DNA of 64,000 bases from the human T2T-CHM13v2.0 reference genome, Homo sapiens. A model generated the notes under the pieces. It was not told where the DNA came from and made no database searches. It saw nothing but the letters and a program-made list of their open reading frames with translations. A program made the translations under genes and the position numbers. Each line of letters opens with the position of its first letter. Position 1 is the first letter of the stretch. The DNA lies in NCBI RefSeq assembly GCF_009914755.1, contig NC_060930.1, one strand, 5' to 3'. Positions 15,649 through 32,236 of this stretch are shown here, one piece after another.

Positions 15649-16148
15649 CAGGGGTTCCCAACCCCTGGGCTACAGACCTCCTGCACAACAGGAGGTGAGC
15701 AGTAGGCGAATGAGCAAAGCTTCATCTGTATTTACAGCCACTCCCCATTGTTCAAATTACCACCTGAGCTCTGCCTCCTGTCAGGTCAGCAACGGCATGA
15801 GATTCTCATAGGAGCGTGAACCCTATTGTGAACTGCACATGTGAGGGATGTAGGTTGCACCCTCTTTATGAGAATCTAATGCCTGATGATCTGTCACTGT
15901 CTCCCATCACCCCTAGATGGGACCGTTTTGTTGCAGGAAAACAAGCTCAAGGATCTCACTGATTCTACATTATGGTGAGTTGCATAATTATTTCATTATA
16001 TATTACAACATAATAATATAAATAAAGTGCACAATGAATATAAATGCATTTGAATCATCCCAAAACCATCCCCCGCTCCACCCTAGTCTGTGGAAAAACT
16101 GTCTTCCATGAAACCAGTCCCTGGTGCCAAAAAGGTTAGGGACCACTG
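15649..16148 (+). mobile_element. MER1A (hAT-Charlie non-autonomous DNA transposon)
   Basis: Terminal inverted repeats caggggttcccaacc / ggttagggaccactg; 8-bp TSD ctctagag / gtctagag; ~500 bp. Confidence 0.85.
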
Positions 16149-17543
16149 GTCTAGAGAGAAGGAGCTCTTCTTACACACTGCCCAGAAACTGAGGATGTGA
16201 CAGAAGTTCAACGAGAGCTAACTAAACAACTAAGTAGCAACCTGACAAGGGCTCAGACAGCTCCAACTAAACCTACACTGCTGCTGCCGCTTACAAAAGC
16301 TCATTCATATGTGTGAGTTCAGGCAAAAACACAGTCGTTATCTGATTCTTTAGGCAGGACATTGACCAGATAAATAAATATGTCTGAATCTGCAGAGAAA
16401 TAATTTCAAAAGGGCTTCAGAAGGAGAAGGAAAATCCACTGTAGCCAGAAGCATCCAAAAGCATCCTGAAAACATGAGTGGAGGAAGGCTGAGCAGGTGT
16501 GGGCTGGGGAGGCAGGCAACCCCGCACAGCAGCCAGCACAAACACAAAGCGACGACGCCCACTGTGCTGGGGAAGCACAGGCAGCACAGTCCGTGCAAGG
16601 GAAACGCGGCTCCCTACAAGGTGTTTTCAAGGTTCCGGTTTCCCCAGAGCACAACCCTAACCTCAGGCAGTGCACAGTTCTCCCAATAAAAGTCACTCGC
16701 CCGTGGAGATCACCGAACACCTGAATTGACACCACGGGCACTTCCAACCTGTGTTCCTGACCACCCTCCCCATGACCTGCCTCCCTTACATCATTTCTGT
16801 TTTCCTTTCCCATGGTCCTGTGACTTCTCTTACTCTTTCAAATGCAAAATGTCACAGCTGAAGGGAAGGAACCTCCAAGGATGATCTGGGCTACTGCTTT
16901 CTTCTTCATAGGGGAGGAAACTGAGATTCCAGAGAGGTTGGTAACTTTCCCAAGGTTACAAAATTAGCAGTGCAGCCGGAACTGAAACCTACATTGTGTG
17001 ACCACTCTCCTCCTCCCAAAGCAATTTAGTTTCCAACTGGACCTCATCTGCCTACTTGTTTCTCCCCCAGCCCCCAGGCAGCCCTTCACTGTGGCTGCTG
17101 AGTCATCAGGATGAGCTTTGTTCTCAAGCAAGCCACTGGGACAGGCCCTCATGTCTTGAGTAGGACAAAGTATATTTGGCCACTCCCCACTTTGTGGTCA
17201 CCCTGCTCTGCCTGATGCATGGGCACCTTCTGCCCATGACAACTGTCATTCGCCCTGAATAGTCTATGCCATCACACCTCCTTATGGCTACTAACATAAA
17301 AGGTAAGTGACTAATAAATGGTATCATGAATTAATATGAAACCTTTTATACAGACAAATATTTGATTCCTCAGTTATATTTTCTTGGGATCTTTTCTTCC
17401 CAGGTCATAGCAGTGCTGTTTCAACAGGAAATGTCATAGCTTGAATGCCAGGTGCACTTTAAAAAATAATCTAAACTAAATTAGCTTTTACACCTAACGA
17501 CGGCCTGGGAATAATAAAGGAACTCTTTGAAAAAGGAAGAAAG

Positions 17544-18202
17544 TGGAGAAATAGGAACACTTTTACACTGTTGGTGGGCCTGCAAACTAGTTCAACCATT
17601 GTGGAAGACAGTGTGGCGATTCCTCAAGGATCTAGAACTAGAAATACCATTTGACCCAGCCATCCCATTACTGGGGATATACCCAAAGGATTATAAATCA
17701 TGCTGCTATAAAGGCACATGCGCACGTATGTTTATTGCGGCACTATTCACAATAGCAAAGACTTGGAACCAACCCAAATGTCCATCAATGATAGACTGGA
17801 TTAAGAAAATGTGGCACATATACACCATGGAATACTATGTAGCCATAAAAAAGGATGAGTTCATGTCCTTTGTTGGGACATGGATGAAGCTGGAAACCAT
17901 CATTCTCAGCAAATTATCGCAAGGACAAAAAACCAAACACCGCATGTTCTCACTCATAGGTGGGAATTGAACAATGAGAACACTTGGTCACAGGAAGGGG
18001 AACATCGCACACCGGGGCCTGTCATGGAGTGGGGGGAGGGGGGAGGGAAAGCTTTAGGAGATATACCTAATGTAAATGATGAGTTAATGGGTGCAGCACA
18101 CCAACATGATACATGTATACATATGTAACAAACCTGCACATTGTGCACATGTACCCTAGAACTTAAAGTATAATAAAAAATAAATAAAATAAAATAAAAA
18201 AA
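17544..18202 (+). mobile_element. 5'-truncated L1PA (ORF2 C-terminus, 3'UTR, polyA)
   Basis: Open ORF2p C-terminal frame (GTLLHCWW...KHRMFSLIGGN); perfect TSD gaaaaaggaagaaag (17529-17543 / 18203-18217). Confidence 0.95.
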
Positions 18203-18740
18203 GAAAAAGGAAGAAAGAAACTAATTGAGCACACTAGAAGTCAACAGCTGTTTCTCCAATTAGAGTCACCTATAACAAGTGAATTCTTAGCAGGGAAAAT
18301 CACCTTAAAATATCCATGTCGAGTTAGGAAAAAATGTTTCATAAAATAGCTATTAAATTAATTTTCTTGAATTGGCATGGGACAAGAAGCTATATAGTTC
18401 AGTTCTGCTAAACACCTAAAAAACTCTGATATACTACAGCTACGCCAGGCAAATCGCAAGTTGTTGGGGGGCGATTCCCAGAAATATGTGAATCACGATT
18501 GTGACTCATCAGTTTGGGAAATTTAGGACATGATCACTATCAGTCAAACATGATATTATTATCTGCCAAATGTCCAAGATATAAATTTCCTTGGAAACAG
18601 CTGGCAGAGGTAGGCATAGCCCTTTAATTTTCCTAATTTGTGGGCTAGCAGATTTTTTGGAATTTCACATACTAGTATGAAAGAGAAATAAATATGTTTT
18701 AATTAATGCATACATATGCACAGTTTAAACATATTCATAA

Positions 18741-19260
18741 TCAGGGGTGGATCCAGTCTGTGAGGTCTGCAGTTTATAAAACTAGTCAAGGGGTAGAGGA
18801 GTGTGTATGGGGTGTTAGGGTCTTTAAGAAAAGATCTCAAAGGCCAGCCATGGTCACTCACGCCTGTAATCCCAGAACTTTGGGAGGCTGAAGTGGAGGA
18901 TCGCTTGAGCCCAGGAGTTCAAGACAAAACTGGGCAACATAGTGAGACCCCCATCTCTACAAAAAAATACAAAAATTAGCTGAGCATGGTGGCATATGTA
19001 TCTGCTCACAGCTACTCAGAAGGCTCAGGTGGGAGGATCACTTGAGCCTGGGAGGTTGAGGCTGCAGTGAGCCAAGATCACAACACTGCAATCCAGCCTG
19101 GATGACAGAGCTAGACGCTGCCTCAAAAAAAAAAAAAAAAAAAAAAACTGCACAAAATTATCAACATAAAATTAGGTACAGGGTCTTACAAAGGGCCTGC
19201 AGGAGCGAGACGCCTTGACGCTGAAGTGTCACTAGCTTCCAGATAAAACCTCCTGGCCCA
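18741..19260 (+). mobile_element. Probable hAT-Tip100-type DNA transposon relic split by an AluJ
   Basis: Starts caggggtggatccag; tctttaagaaaag ... cataaaattaggtacaggg resembles that family. Subfamily uncertain. Confidence 0.4.
18842..19147 (+). mobile_element. AluJ
   Basis: J diagnostics ggatcgcttgagcccagg and gggcaacatagtgagacccc. Confidence 0.9.
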
Positions 19261-19606
19261 CAATGCATGCACACATCACAGTGGTGGGAACACCTATAAA
19301 TGACCAAGATCAACATATTTCATTATAATTCCCTTCAATGCCAAGTATATGGTAAACACTTTAGTATACATTTTTGCTGAGTACACGTGACTAAATAGAA
19401 ATGTTTACAAATTATGTTGTCGAGCTGTTAAATGAATTCCAATATGTGGCTTTACTACCTCATCAGGAAAACCTGTATCCCACAGTCATTTATCAGGCAG
19501 CAATGTCTAGCTTATGGAAACCCATCTGCAGGTTCCTAAGCAAGTAGCCCAGATTAATATCATAGTGCAGCTAGTCGGTGGCTATAATTAAATGCAGAAG
19601 TGGTAT

Positions 19607-20061
19607 TGAGAGGTGAAGCCAGCTGGACTTCTTGGGTCGAGTGGGGACTTGGAGAACTTTTCTGTCTTACAAGGGGATTGTAAAATGCACCAATGAGTGC
19701 TCTGTAAAAACACACCAATCAGCGCTCTGTAGCTAGCTTGAGGTTTGTAAAATGGACCAATCAGCACTCTGTAAAATGGACCAATCAGTGCTCTGTAGAA
19801 TGGACCAATCAGCAGGACATGGGCAGGGACAAATAAGGGAATAAAAGCTGGCCACGCCAGCCAGCAGAGACAACCCGCTCGGGTCCCCTTCCACGCTGTG
19901 GAAGGTTTGTTCTTTCGCTCCTCACAATAAATCTTGCTACTGCTCGCTCTTTGGGTCCCTACCATCTTTAAGAGCTGTAACACTCACTGTGAAGGTCCGT
20001 GGCTCCATTCTTGAAGTCAGCAAGACCACAAACCTATCGGAAGGAACCAACTCCAGACACA
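19607..20061 (+). mobile_element. LTR12F-type (ERV9/HERV9) solo LTR
   Basis: TG...CA ends, tgagaggtgaagccagctggactt start, five CCAAT repeats, AATAAAA TATA-equivalent at 19840, polyA signal at 19926-19931. Confidence 0.85.
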
Positions 20062-20292
20062 GGCTCACCGCAACCTCCACCTCCTAGGTTCAAGCGATTC
20101 TCCTGCCTCAGCCGCCTAAGTAGCTGGGATTACAGGCATGCCCCACCACACCCGGCTAATTTTGTATTTTTAGTAGAGATGGGGTTTCTCCATGTTGGTC
20201 AGGCTGGTTCTTGAACTCCCAACCTCAGGTGATTCGCCTGCCTCAGCTTCCCAAGGTGCTGGGATTACAGGCCTGAGCCATTGCGCCCGGCC
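20062..20292 (-). mobile_element. AluS (Sp-like), 3' end missing
   Basis: Reverse Alu abutting the LTR end, with no tail. Confidence 0.9.
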
Positions 20293-21080
20293 CCTGGGTT
20301 TCTTTCTTAAGGCTTTTGGAGCTCCAAGGGGCCAGGGAAGTGCAGCTTCAACCAGCAGCAGCCATTGTTCTAACAGAAATCTGAAAATAACACATTCACT
20401 CTGACATGCCAACTCACTACTTTTAATTGTGGCTCATTAAAGATGTAAATAGAAGAATTATGTTCACCTCTACTACAATTTCATTGCTGCAGTAAAATTA
20501 CAATGTTTCCTTCTATGCAGAAAGAAATACTTCTTCTCTGAGTAATAGCACCAGAAGTGGAGGCCTATGATTCACCAATTCTCCAACAGTAGGCATCACA
20601 TGTGACTGCCTGTTGTTGGACAGAGGCAGATGGACAGAACGTTATTTTTTTTTAATGAAAAGAAAGGACACATCAGTTGAAAGATGCAACAGGCGCATCT
20701 CATTTTATTGCATTTCACTTTGTTGTCCTTTGCAGATACTGCATTTTTTTTTCAAATTGAAGTTCTGTGGCAACCCCGTGTCAAGCAACTCCACCAGCAT
20801 CACCTCTCCAACAGCATGTGCTCATGTTGAGCCTCTGCCACATTTCGGTAATACAGTATTTCAAACTTTTGCGCTGTTATATCTGTTATGGTGATCTGAG
20901 ATCAGTGCTCTTTGACGTTACTATTATAATTGTTTTGTTCACCATGAACCACACACCCCATATAAGGTAATGAACTTAATCAGTAAATGTCATGTGTGTT
21001 CTGACTGCTACAAAGACTGGCTGTTCTCTCTCCCTCCTCTCGGGCCTCCTTGTTTCCTCAGACACAAGAATATTGAAGTT

Positions 21081-21429
<349 letters not shown>

Positions 21430-21486
21430 TCAAGTGAAAGGAAGAGTGAGTCACATACCTCTCAATTTAAATAAGAAAACTAGAAA

Positions 21487-23300
<1,814 letters not shown>

Positions 23301-23666
23301 AAAGGAAGAGTCAATAAATGTGGCAAACGTCATTGTTGTCTAATTTTAAGAAATTGCCACCGCCACCCCAGCTTTCAGCAACCACCTCCCTAAATCAGTC
23401 AGCAGCCATCAACGTAAAGACCCTTTACCAACAAAACGATTATGGTTCAATGAAGATGATCGTTAACAGTTTTTAGCAATAAAGCATTTTAAAATTAAGG
23501 TATGTACTTTTGTTTAGACAAAATGTTATTGGATAATTAATAGACTATAGTATGGTGTAAACATAACTTATATGCACTGGAAAACCAAAAAATTTGTGTG
23601 ATTTGCTGTATTGCAATACTTGCTTTACTGCTGTGGTCTATAAGTGAACCCAAAATATCTCTGAGT

Positions 23667-23947
23667 GTCCAGGCACAGTGGCTCATGCCTGTAATCCCAG
23701 CACTTTGGGAGGCTGAGGTGGGTGGATCACCTGGGGTCAGGAGTTCGAGACCAGCCTCACCAATATGGTGAAACCCCATCTCTACTAAAAATACAAAAAT
23801 TAGCTGGGCATGGTGGCAGGCACCTATAGTCCCAGCTACTTGGGAGGCTTGAACCCAGGAGGCGGAGCTTGCAGTGAGCAGAGATCGTGCCACTGCACTC
23901 CAGCCTGGCAACAAAGCAAGACTCCCAACTCAAAAAAAAAAAAAAAA
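23667..23947 (+). mobile_element. Alu, S-like left arm and Y-like right arm
   Basis: TSD aatatctctgag; inserted at the Tigger1 3' end. Confidence 0.95.
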
Positions 23948-24000
23948 GACACAATATCTCTGAGCTATGCCTGTGTCTAAAAAATTCTGAACTCTTCCTA

Positions 24001-24495
<495 letters not shown>

Positions 24496-24669
24496 TTATT
24501 AAGAAGAAAAAAAAATCTGTATCTTCTCTATGCCCATATTCCAATACAACCCAGTTTCTGAAATTAGAATGAGAACTTATTGATAATTACTGACATAATA
24601 AAGTATTGATAACAAATACTTTGGAAAAGAACAGTATATTTGAAACACTGTTATTAAAAATTAAATTAT

Positions 24670-25242
<573 letters not shown>

Positions 25243-25243
<1 letters not shown>

Positions 25244-25295
25244 TGTGTGTGTGTGTGTGTGTGTGTATACACACACACTATATATTTATATATAT
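25243..25295. repeat. (TG)n-TA-(CA)n-(TA)n microsatellite
   Basis: Directly visible. Confidence 0.9.
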
Positions 25296-26616
25296 TTTAA
25301 AAATCAAATTAAGGACACTTTCAGAGTAGGGTATCTGATGGATAGCCTGGTCCCTGAGACACAGCGTGCTGCTCTATGCTGGCTCTCCAAAGTGGGTGAG
25401 AGTGGTGCCAGGAACGGGAAGGGATGATACTGACGTGGCCACTCACCAGGAAAGTAGAGGTCACCATGTCCATTTTCGCAAAGTGAGCACAGCTGCAGGT
25501 GAGCAAAGCCTCTGAAAATCAGCACTAGCATGGATGCCAAATATTTACGCTTCCTGATTTAAATGCATCAAGCAGACTTGATATTTTTGAGACTCTTAAC
25601 GGTAGATCATTTTTGTAGAGCAGATAACCACTCCAAAACTGTTCAAGCTAATAAATACAGATTTGGGCCAAATTTACATAATATGTGCTTGTAGGTTCAC
25701 TGGCCATGACCTTTGATAGCTGAAATTGAACTTTCCCCTTTCACTAAATGTCATTCCAAATTCCAGGCTGTCTTTGGAAGCAAACACTGCATTGCCTGTT
25801 GCCATGTGTCTTTTAGATAATAAACGTGGGTTCCACCAGATGGAAGAAGCAAAGTGCTTGCCCCAAATATCTAGGGTTCCTGCTAGGTACTCACGCCCAA
25901 ACTGCATCTACTGTGAAGAGTTAGTTGACTTTGCATTCTGACCCAATGCAGGATGCTGGGCTCCTACAAGTGGTTTGTCTGATGGGCTCCCAGAGATGGC
26001 CAGCTGCCAGCAGCATCATTTAGAAGAATTCTGGTCCTGAGGACAGATTATTGAAAATAATCTATTTCCATTTAACCTCTGCAAAGTAGACTGGGTCCTT
26101 GTGGGGCTTTCGTTTCCTTAAAAGCAACTGTGTACTTGCTTAGCAACGTGGACTTAAACCAGTGGAAGAAATACTTAGTGGAGACTGGAAAACAGCAATA
26201 AAAGAGAGGTTCAATAGAGGGAGGGGTGGTGGCCGACTACAGACCAAGGGTGAGGGAGCCACAGATTGAATCCCAGCTTTACCATCTCCAAGCAGCATTA
26301 CTTTCTTCAGTCCCAGTGACCTCATCCATTATAATATTAATAACATATAATTGAAATGCAAAAATTACACTCTCTACCTTTAAGATTTCCTATGGGGATC
26401 AAATGAGATGAAACATGCACAGGCAAAAAGGAGTTGCTCAGTAACTTAACCAGTTTATTTCTTCTTTAAAAAGGAAATTGTACAAAACATGTTTCCAGAG
26501 TTTTGTTAAGGAAGCTTTGAAAACAGACTCCACCAGTATTTATGGAGTATTCACCATACTGACAGTCTAATACCACTCCTCTGGGGAGCCCAGGATGGTG
26601 CAAGATGTATCTCCAA

Positions 26617-26914
26617 GGCTATGTGTGGTGGCACATGCCCATAATCCCAGCACTCTGAGAGGCCAAAGCAGGAGAATTGCTGGAACACAGGGCTCCAGAA
26701 CAGCCTGGGTAACATAGCAAGAATCCATCTCTACAAAAAAAAAATTAAAAATGAGCCAGGTGTGGTGGCACATGCCTCTAATTCCAGAGCTCTGGGAAGT
26801 TGGGGTGGGAGGATCACCTGGGCTCAGGAGGTCAAGGATGCAGTGAGCTATGATGATACCACTGTACTCAGCCTGGGTGACAGAGCAAGACTCTGTCTCT
26901 TAAACAAAACAAAA
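26617..26914 (+). mobile_element. AluJ (diverged)
   Basis: Dimer with J features. Confidence 0.85.
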
Positions 26915-27617
26915 GACGTGTCTACCACTCCAGGGAAGTGAAAAAGCAGATAAGTAAATTCCTGCTAAGAGTGATCATGACCCTCTCCTATTCAACAACC
27001 TTCAGTGGCTCTCCGCCACTTAAGAAAAAATGGAATTAATCCCATTTTCTCATCTGTAAAATGTGGATAGCTATGTTGAAGGGAGTTGTAATCAGAGCTA
27101 ATTTATGTAAAGCCCCAACCACAGAATCTGATATATGGCACCACTCAGTGAATAGTTCACACTCACCGTTATCATCATTATCATTAAATCAGACTATCTT
27201 CCTCCCAGTCTCCCACTGTTCCACCTCACACACCTTAACCCTGGGCTCAAACTGGTCCACAGCTTTCCTCAAATATGCTCTGCTCTGCACTCTCCCTTCT
27301 CCACACCTTTGGGCACACGCCCTCCCGTGTGGAATGCCTTGCTCCCAGCTCTGTCAGGTGGAATCCTAGCCATTCTTCCAAGTCAGCTCTGATGCTTCCT
27401 CCAAGTCCTCACCACTCCCAAATCAGACTAAATATCCCACTCCTTTGTGTTCCCACAGCATTGCTTCGCCTTCCCTAGCTGGGTTCACCTACATGTTTCC
27501 CCTAACAGTGTAAATTCCTAAACCAAGTTTGTAGGAAGGCATGAAGAATAAACACTGGAAAAATTTTACCACAAACTGAGTAACTAACGAAATTCCATGA
27601 AAGTGGTATGATAATAA

Positions 27618-27980
<363 letters not shown>

Positions 27981-28239
27981 TGTTTTATTTTTCTTATTTC
28001 ATGGATTGATAAACTGAGACCCAAAGAGATTAAGTCACTTGCTCAACATTACACAGCCATTAAGTGGAAGTTCGGTATTCAAACCCAGGAAGTTTGCCTC
28101 AAGAACCTACACTTTTCAACACATCATACTGTTTCTCAGCAGCATTATAACTATTTATTGTGAACTACCTAAGAAAACATATGGTGGCTGTAATCAGTTG
28201 TCTCAGGGCTAGATTTTAAATCTTTGAGATCTGGGGATT

Positions 28240-28779
<540 letters not shown>

Positions 28780-30624
28780 CTTTGGGATCCATCAAGGTAC
28801 TCTGGTCTGTATGTAGATCCTTAAGATTTCAGGACTAGTTCACTTCTCTTTTATATCCTTCCTCATTGAAGCTACTATTGCTTACAGACACTTCCTTTCC
28901 TGCTACAGCCAACACTAGGCAACCTTGGAGAGGGTACAGCCACAATATCACCACATGGACCCACACATACAGTCTGCAGAGGGCAGTTCAACATAAGCAC
29001 CTACTATATTGAGAGGCACCTTAGGTTGTAATGAAAAGCGTCATAGTCTAATTGCCTTCCTGAGTTTTTGTCACTAGGTACTTAGGATGCTTCTGAGCCC
29101 TGGCTCTCATGAAAGTGCAACAAAATATAGTCAGTACCTCCTGATGAATGAACTGTAACAGTCACCAAAAAAGTTTGCAACCCCATGGCTAGTGCAACAG
29201 AATAGCTAAAGGGAAACTGGGAGTCTGCACATTCACCTTAGCCATGGTATATTTCATGATGGATCTTGTAAACAGCTGAAGGGTCAGGTTTTTAAATGAA
29301 TGCAAAGATCAGGACAGACAAAAATGAAATTCAGCTAAGGTTCTTTACTCTGCAAAACAGACAAGGATCAACTTACATGAAATGCTAAAAAATGATGTGG
29401 GTATTTAATGTTTCCAATCAGTGGTCAATCAATAAATGTTAGTGACTGACTAATTTCTTAATTAGTTAATCCAGTGACAGTTCACCTTTTGGCATGACTT
29501 TATAAACAAGAAAACTGAAGGCTGGGCAAGGCTATCATGCAAAAAAAATGACAAATCTCAAACTGAAATTCCCCATTACAACTTATTGACTCTAAAGCAT
29601 TAATAGGAAAAAACTCTATTTTATATATGTATATACACATATGCATACATATATAATATAAAATAATATATAGTATTAAATAATCTTCCCCGATATCAAA
29701 ATATTATTTTAAAAGATGTGAGCAGCGTGCCTCACACACTAGCCTTCATAAAATTCCATTCTGAATTCCTTGTCACACGTACAAATGATGATTTTCTTTT
29801 TAGTGGTGTTTTTGACATGTAATATTAAATAGCATCCTATTCCTTCCTTTGGAAAGAACTTTTGAGGAGCCGAATTAATTTTGGAGATGACTTTTCATTT
29901 TATTTAAGCCAAGTTATTTTTTTCTCTTTTGGTATTTTAGCCAAACAGAATTCTTAGAAATGAAAAAAAAAATAGTAACAAGTATATTCCTAGAGCAGAG
30001 TAGCCTTTCAGAATTGAAAATGTTACATCAACCCTTTAATGTTACCCAGTCTTTTTAAATTCCCTTAAGAAAAAAATACCAGATATTCACAAAATGTGGC
30101 CAGAACTGGATGTGTCATTTATTTGGATTTCTGATTTGGCCGACATGGTTATGCATGACATAAAACAGTTTAAAAAAATGGTTTTTAGTAACTTCATAAA
30201 TATGGCTTACAGTGAAGCTGAAGCAATTCTATCTGATGTTAGAATTTTCTAATGCCAAAGATATACGCCAGTAGTTTAGTTTAAATGATGTGAGGCTGAA
30301 TCCAACTATTACTGTAAAAACTGTTTAACCAAAAACATCTATTTTTGTAATTTTTATGAAATAGTAATTAGTACTAAGCTTATCCAAAAACATTTTTAAT
30401 ATCTTACCTGAAGGATTATTTCTGTATTTCTAAATGGGCTCTTTCCTTTCTTCTTACCTTTGTAAATATTTATTAAACTGTATTATATGCAGGAATGGGC
30501 TTAACACTTGGAATACAAGGTTTAAGATAAGTCAATTTCTGTCTTCATGAATCATTTACCAAGATAGCTATATGAGCAGAAAATTGCAATATAATAGCGG
30601 TAACACAGCAAGAGGATAATTTCT

Positions 30625-30776
30625 GTTTTGTTTTTTTTTTTCCTTGAGACGAGCTCTCTATCTGTTGCCCAGGCTGGAGTGGAATGGTGCAGTCTAAACT
30701 TTCTGGGCTCAAGAAATCCTCTTCCCTCAGCCTCTCAAAATGCTGACATTACAGATGTGAGACACCATGCTTGGCC
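30625..30776 (-). mobile_element. Alu monomer/AluJ fragment within an L2 relic
   Basis: T-tail, gttgcccaggctgg, ctgggctcaag, ...ggcc. Confidence 0.75.
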
Positions 30777-31259
30777 AGGAATTTCAATTAGGCCTCAACG
30801 AATGAGTGGGAGTTTACCAGGCAGAGAACAAGAGTCTCATGCGAGAAGAAACAACAGGGACAGGTGCATGGTTATTATATACATAGTATGTTTAAGAAGA
30901 AAACAAATATTATATGGAGAGATGGAAGGGATGGGAGTCACGGGAGATGAGATTTAAATGGTAAGTTGATAAGGAATTCCTAGGGGCCTTAGAGGCCATG
31001 CAGTGAAATTCACATTTTACCTTATCAGGAGCAGAAAGCTAACAAAATCCTTTCAATTATTCATTTTACTTCACCATATTCATTTGCTACCAAAGGAGTA
31101 TTAAAAAACACACACACACATGAATTGCCCTAATATTAAAAATACCTTCATTCTTGTTTTCTTTACTTCTAGCCTTTGTGGATAGGCATAGATTTTTGTC
31201 ACTGCTTTGTAATCAATGTGTTTGCACAATTTTGAAATATGAATTTTATACTTAACATT

Positions 31260-31676
31260 TGTTGGGTTTAGCCGAAAGCTGCCTTCTTCCATATTTTAAG
31301 TTTGGCCTAAAGGTTTCTCCGCATGCAGTGAACCGTAACCTACCTGGATGTGTAAACAGGCTGTAACCTATTCTTGTACCAATCTCTGGGTTTCGGCGAA
31401 TCACAGGCAGCCTATCGTTCAAACCCTGTTCAAATAAGGCGAACGCTGAGCTGAAACCAATCTGGCTGTTTCTGTACCTCACTTCTGTTTTCTGTCCGTC
31501 GTTTTCCTTTTTCTGTCTATAAATCCTCTCCAACCACACAACAGCATGTCAGAAATGCCCTGAATCTATTCTAGTTCGGGAGGAAAGGAGTAGAGAGGAG
31601 CTGCCTGATTTGCAAATAGTTCTTTGCTGAATTAAACTCTGTTAAATTTAATTTGTCTAAAGTTTTTCTTTTAACA
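31260..31676 (+). mobile_element. MER57-type ERV1 solo LTR
   Basis: TG...CA ends, 4-bp TSD catt (31256-31259 / 31677-31680), tttaagtttggcctaaaggtttctcc, TATAAA, ATTAAA. Confidence 0.85.
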
Positions 31677-31940
31677 CATTAGATTATGAGTACTTTTCCA
31701 TATTTCCACATACTACCAAGGATTTTCAAGTGTAGGAGTAATTCAATCAGACCCTTTCTTTCATATGAGAATTCTCAAAAGAGTAGAATAAATGGAACAC
31801 AGAAAGAAAAGACTTTAAGCAAGGGGCTTCTTGGAAGCCACTGCAGCAGTCCAGGCAAGTGATGCTGAAGGTCTGCAACAGAACAGGGGCCCGAGAGTGG
31901 AGAAGAGTGGGTAAACTATCATATTAAAGAGGCCAAACTC

Positions 31941-32236
31941 AGACTGGGGGCAGTGGCTCACGCCTGTAATCCCAACACTTTGGGAGGCTTAGGCAGGCGG
32001 ATCATGAGGTCAGGAGTTTGAGACCAACCTGACCAACATGGTGAAACCCCATCTCTACCAAAAATACAAAAAATTAGCCAGGTGTGGTGGTGCGCACCTG
32101 TAATCCAAGCTACTCAGGAGGCTGAGGCAGGAGAATCCCTTGAACCTGGGAAGCAGAGGTTGCAGTAAGCTGAGATGGTGCCACTGCACTCCAGCGTGGG
32201 TGACAGAGAGAGACTCTGTCTCAAAAAAAAAAAAAA
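31941..32236 (+). mobile_element. AluS (Sg-like) inside an L2 relic
   Basis: Full dimer. Confidence 0.95.

Noticed and set aside
16350-16813. Four overlapping ORFs on both strands
   Set aside because: Explained by local GC richness; no recognisable domain or coding-exon structure.
17527-17970. 147-aa open frame matching a real protein
   Set aside because: It is the C-terminus of L1 ORF2p in a 5'-truncated copy, with no promoter or true start codon.
19680-19815. Regularly spaced ~24-bp repeats that superficially resemble a CRISPR array
   Set aside because: These are LTR12 CCAAT enhancer repeats with no unique spacers, in eukaryotic DNA.
30400-30460. Two strong minus-strand donor motifs (CAG|gtaaga, AAG|gtaaga)
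   Set aside because: No convincing acceptor at exon distance upstream; isolated donors are frequent in long introns.
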